From the NCBI RefSeq assembly GCF_000012925.1, contig NC_007517.1, positions 3,330,001-3,362,000 of the forward strand: 32,000 bases of DNA, in the 5' to 3' direction. A program made the position numbers and the translations under genes. Origin of the DNA: Geobacter metallireducens GS-15. Lineage in GTDB: Bacteria; Desulfobacterota; Desulfuromonadia; Geobacterales; Geobacteraceae. The notes beneath the pieces are model-generated. The model was not told the origin of the DNA. It saw only the letters and a list, made by a program, of their open reading frames with translations, and searched no databases. Below are positions 30,327 through 32,000 of this stretch, piece by piece (the first letter of the stretch is position 1; each line of letters opens with the position of its first letter).

Positions 30327-32000
30327 CTACCTTAGCAGCACCACCGTGGCCCCCTCGCCCCCCTCGAAGGGCTCGCCGGGGCGGAACTCCCGCACCAGGG
30401 GATGGCCGTCCAGGTACTCCCGCACCCCCCGCATGAGGGCGCCGGTCCCCTTGCCGTGAACGATCCGCACCTCGCCGTACCCTTCCAGGGATGCATGGTT
30501 CAGGAACGGCTCCAGCCGCCCCAGGGCATCGTCCACCCGCAGGCCGATGAGGTTCAGTTCGTGGGGTGTGGACTCCCGGGAAGGGGCGGCGATCTTGGCG
30601 GCGGCCCTGGCCTTGGGTTTCTTCCCCCCCTTTTCCCTCGGCGGGGCCACGTCGGCCGCCTCCACCACCAGCTCGAAGGTGCCGGCCCGGACCTTGAGGG
30701 TCTCCCCCTTCCGGTCCACGGCGAGGACGGTCACGTCGTGGCCGAGACGCTTCACATGGACCGTGTCCCCCTCGCTGATGGCCTCCAGGGGAACGCGCTC
30801 CTCGGGGTGGAACTCCTGGAGCTGCTCCTCCACCCGCGCCTCGGCCTCGTCGATCTTTTTCCGGGCCTCGCGGCTCTTCTCTTTCCGGGCCTCCTCGATG
30901 ATGGCGTTCACCTCCCGCCGGGCACTTCGGACAATCTCCTTCGCCTCCTGAAACGCCTTTTCCACCGCCTCCCGCCGCTTCGCCTCGGCCTCGGCCAGCC
31001 GCTCACGGACGATGCGGGCCTTTTCCTCGGCATCCCGCCGCAGTCGCTCCGCCTCGGCCAGGGCCTCCTCGTGGCGCCGGCGCTGGTCCTTCAGCTCGGC
31101 CAGAAGCTCGTGGAACTCGGTCTCCATGCGGGAGAGCATGCCGGTGGCGAACTCCACCACCCGGTCCGGGAGGCCGTAACGGCGGGCGATCTCCAGGGCG
31201 TGGGACTGCCCCGGCTCCCCCTTCTTGAGGCGGTAGAGGGGGGTGAGGGTCGCCCGGTCGAACTCCATGGAGGCGTTCACCATCCCGTCCCGCTTGTGGA
31301 CGAAGCCGACGATGTCGGTGAGGTGGGTCGTGGCGATGACCCGTGCCCCCTTCTCCTGGAGATCGGCCAGGACGGCGCAGGAGATGGCCGCCCCCTGGAC
31401 CGGCTCGGTACCGGTCCCCAGCTCGTCCAGAAGCACCACGGTCCGGTCGTCGGCCCGTTCCAGGATCCCCGCGATGTTGGAGACGTGGGCCGAGAAGGTG
31501 GAGAGGCTCTGCTCGATGGACTGCTCATCGCCGATGTCCACCAGGAGGTCGGAGATGAGGGGGAACGACGAGGTGGATGCGGCCGGTACCGGAAGCCCGG
31601 CCAGGGCCATGAGGTGGAGGAGGCCGGTGGTCTTGAGGGAGATGGTTTTGCCGCCGGCGTTGGGGCCGGTGATGACCATGACCTGCTCAGTCTCCCCGAG
31701 GGAAAGGTCCAGGGGCACGACCCTGCCGGCACCCCGCTCCCGGGCCATGAGGGCCAGGAGGGGATGCCGCCCTTCGTTTACCCGGATGAAGCGGGCGTCG
31801 TTGATCTCGGGGTTTTCGGCGGAGAGGGAATCGGCGAAGGTGGCCACGGCGTTCAGGAGGTCCAGGTGGACCAGGGTCCGGAACTGTTCCGCCAGGGGAT
31901 CGGCCTCGCGGCGAAGCATCCGGCAGATGGCCCGGACGATGCGGATCATCTCGGCCTTCTCCTCGGCCACCAGGTTTTCCAACTCGTTGGCGAGGCCGAT
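30327..32000 (-). CDS. mutS2: endonuclease MutS2 (C-terminal ~555 codons; gene continues beyond window end)
   Basis: The MutS ATPase motifs are ITGPNAGGKT (Walker A) and VLLDELGTGTEP. A long Lys/Glu/Arg-rich coiled coil follows. The C-terminal Smr domain is ELNLIGLRVDDAL...VRIVHGKGTGALM. The reading frame stays open to the window edge. Confidence 0.9.
   Translation of the reverse strand: MGLANELENLVAEEKAEMIRIVRAICRMLRREADPLAEQFRTLVHLDLLNAVATFADSLSAENPEINDARFIRVNEGRHPLLALMARERGAGRVVPLDLSLGETEQVMVITGPNAGGKTISLKTTGLLHLMALAGLPVPAASTSSFPLISDLLVDIGDEQSIEQSLSTFSAHVSNIAGILERADDRTVVLLDELGTGTEPVQGAAISCAVLADLQEKGARVIATTHLTDIVGFVHKRDGMVNASMEFDRATLTPLYRLKKGEPGQSHALEIARRYGLPDRVVEFATGMLSRMETEFHELLAELKDQRRRHEEALAEAERLRRDAEEKARIVRERLAEAEAKRREAVEKAFQEAKEIVRSARREVNAIIEEARKEKSREARKKIDEAEARVEEQLQEFHPEERVPLEAISEGDTVHVKRLGHDVTVLAVDRKGETLKVRAGTFELVVEAADVAPPREKGGKKPKARAAAKIAAPSRESTPHELNLIGLRVDDALGRLEPFLNHASLEGYGEVRIVHGKGTGALMRGVREYLDGHPLVREFRPGEPFEGGEGATVVLLR

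Overview
High-GC chromosomal segment (spot counts of single 60-nt lines give about 60-70% G+C) that looks Geobacter/Desulfuromonadales-like. That assignment rests on gene content and codon style only, with no search run. Almost everything is transcribed on the minus strand.

The left two thirds is ordinary core and accessory metabolism: ppdK (5' end), glyS-glyQ, recO, a coiled-coil porin, a TPR protein, a translationally coupled cstA-folA-(2H phosphoesterase/HAD fusion) operon, an EamA transporter, a DUF2461 protein, an isochorismatase-family hydrolase, hemG, three SAM methyltransferases, an orphan PAS-GAF-GAF histidine kinase, a YkgJ-type Cys-cluster protein and an exported DUF4124-glutaredoxin fusion. 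The right end carries a B12-binding radical SAM gene, an intact higBA module and the 3' two thirds of mutS2.

The accessory part is a roughly 7.4 kb island of lower G+C (about 19.9-27.3 kb; spot counts mostly 28-52%, one line in the 469-aa gene 58%). It contains:
- a sugE gene at its edge, broken by an in-frame TGA
- a decayed Gp49/HigB-like toxin with an intact XRE antitoxin
- a 469-aa membrane protein of unknown function
- a 1.5 kb IS5-family element with a frameshifted transposase
- an intact three-gene operon (456, 309 and 214 aa) that I cannot assign to any family
- a DUF6516 (TumE-like)/winged-helix toxin-antitoxin (TA) pair with an operator-bearing, apparently leaderless promoter

The three-gene operon, with or without the membrane protein, is my best candidate for an undescribed conflict/defence system. 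No function can be shown from sequence alone. No rRNA, tRNA or CRISPR array was seen.
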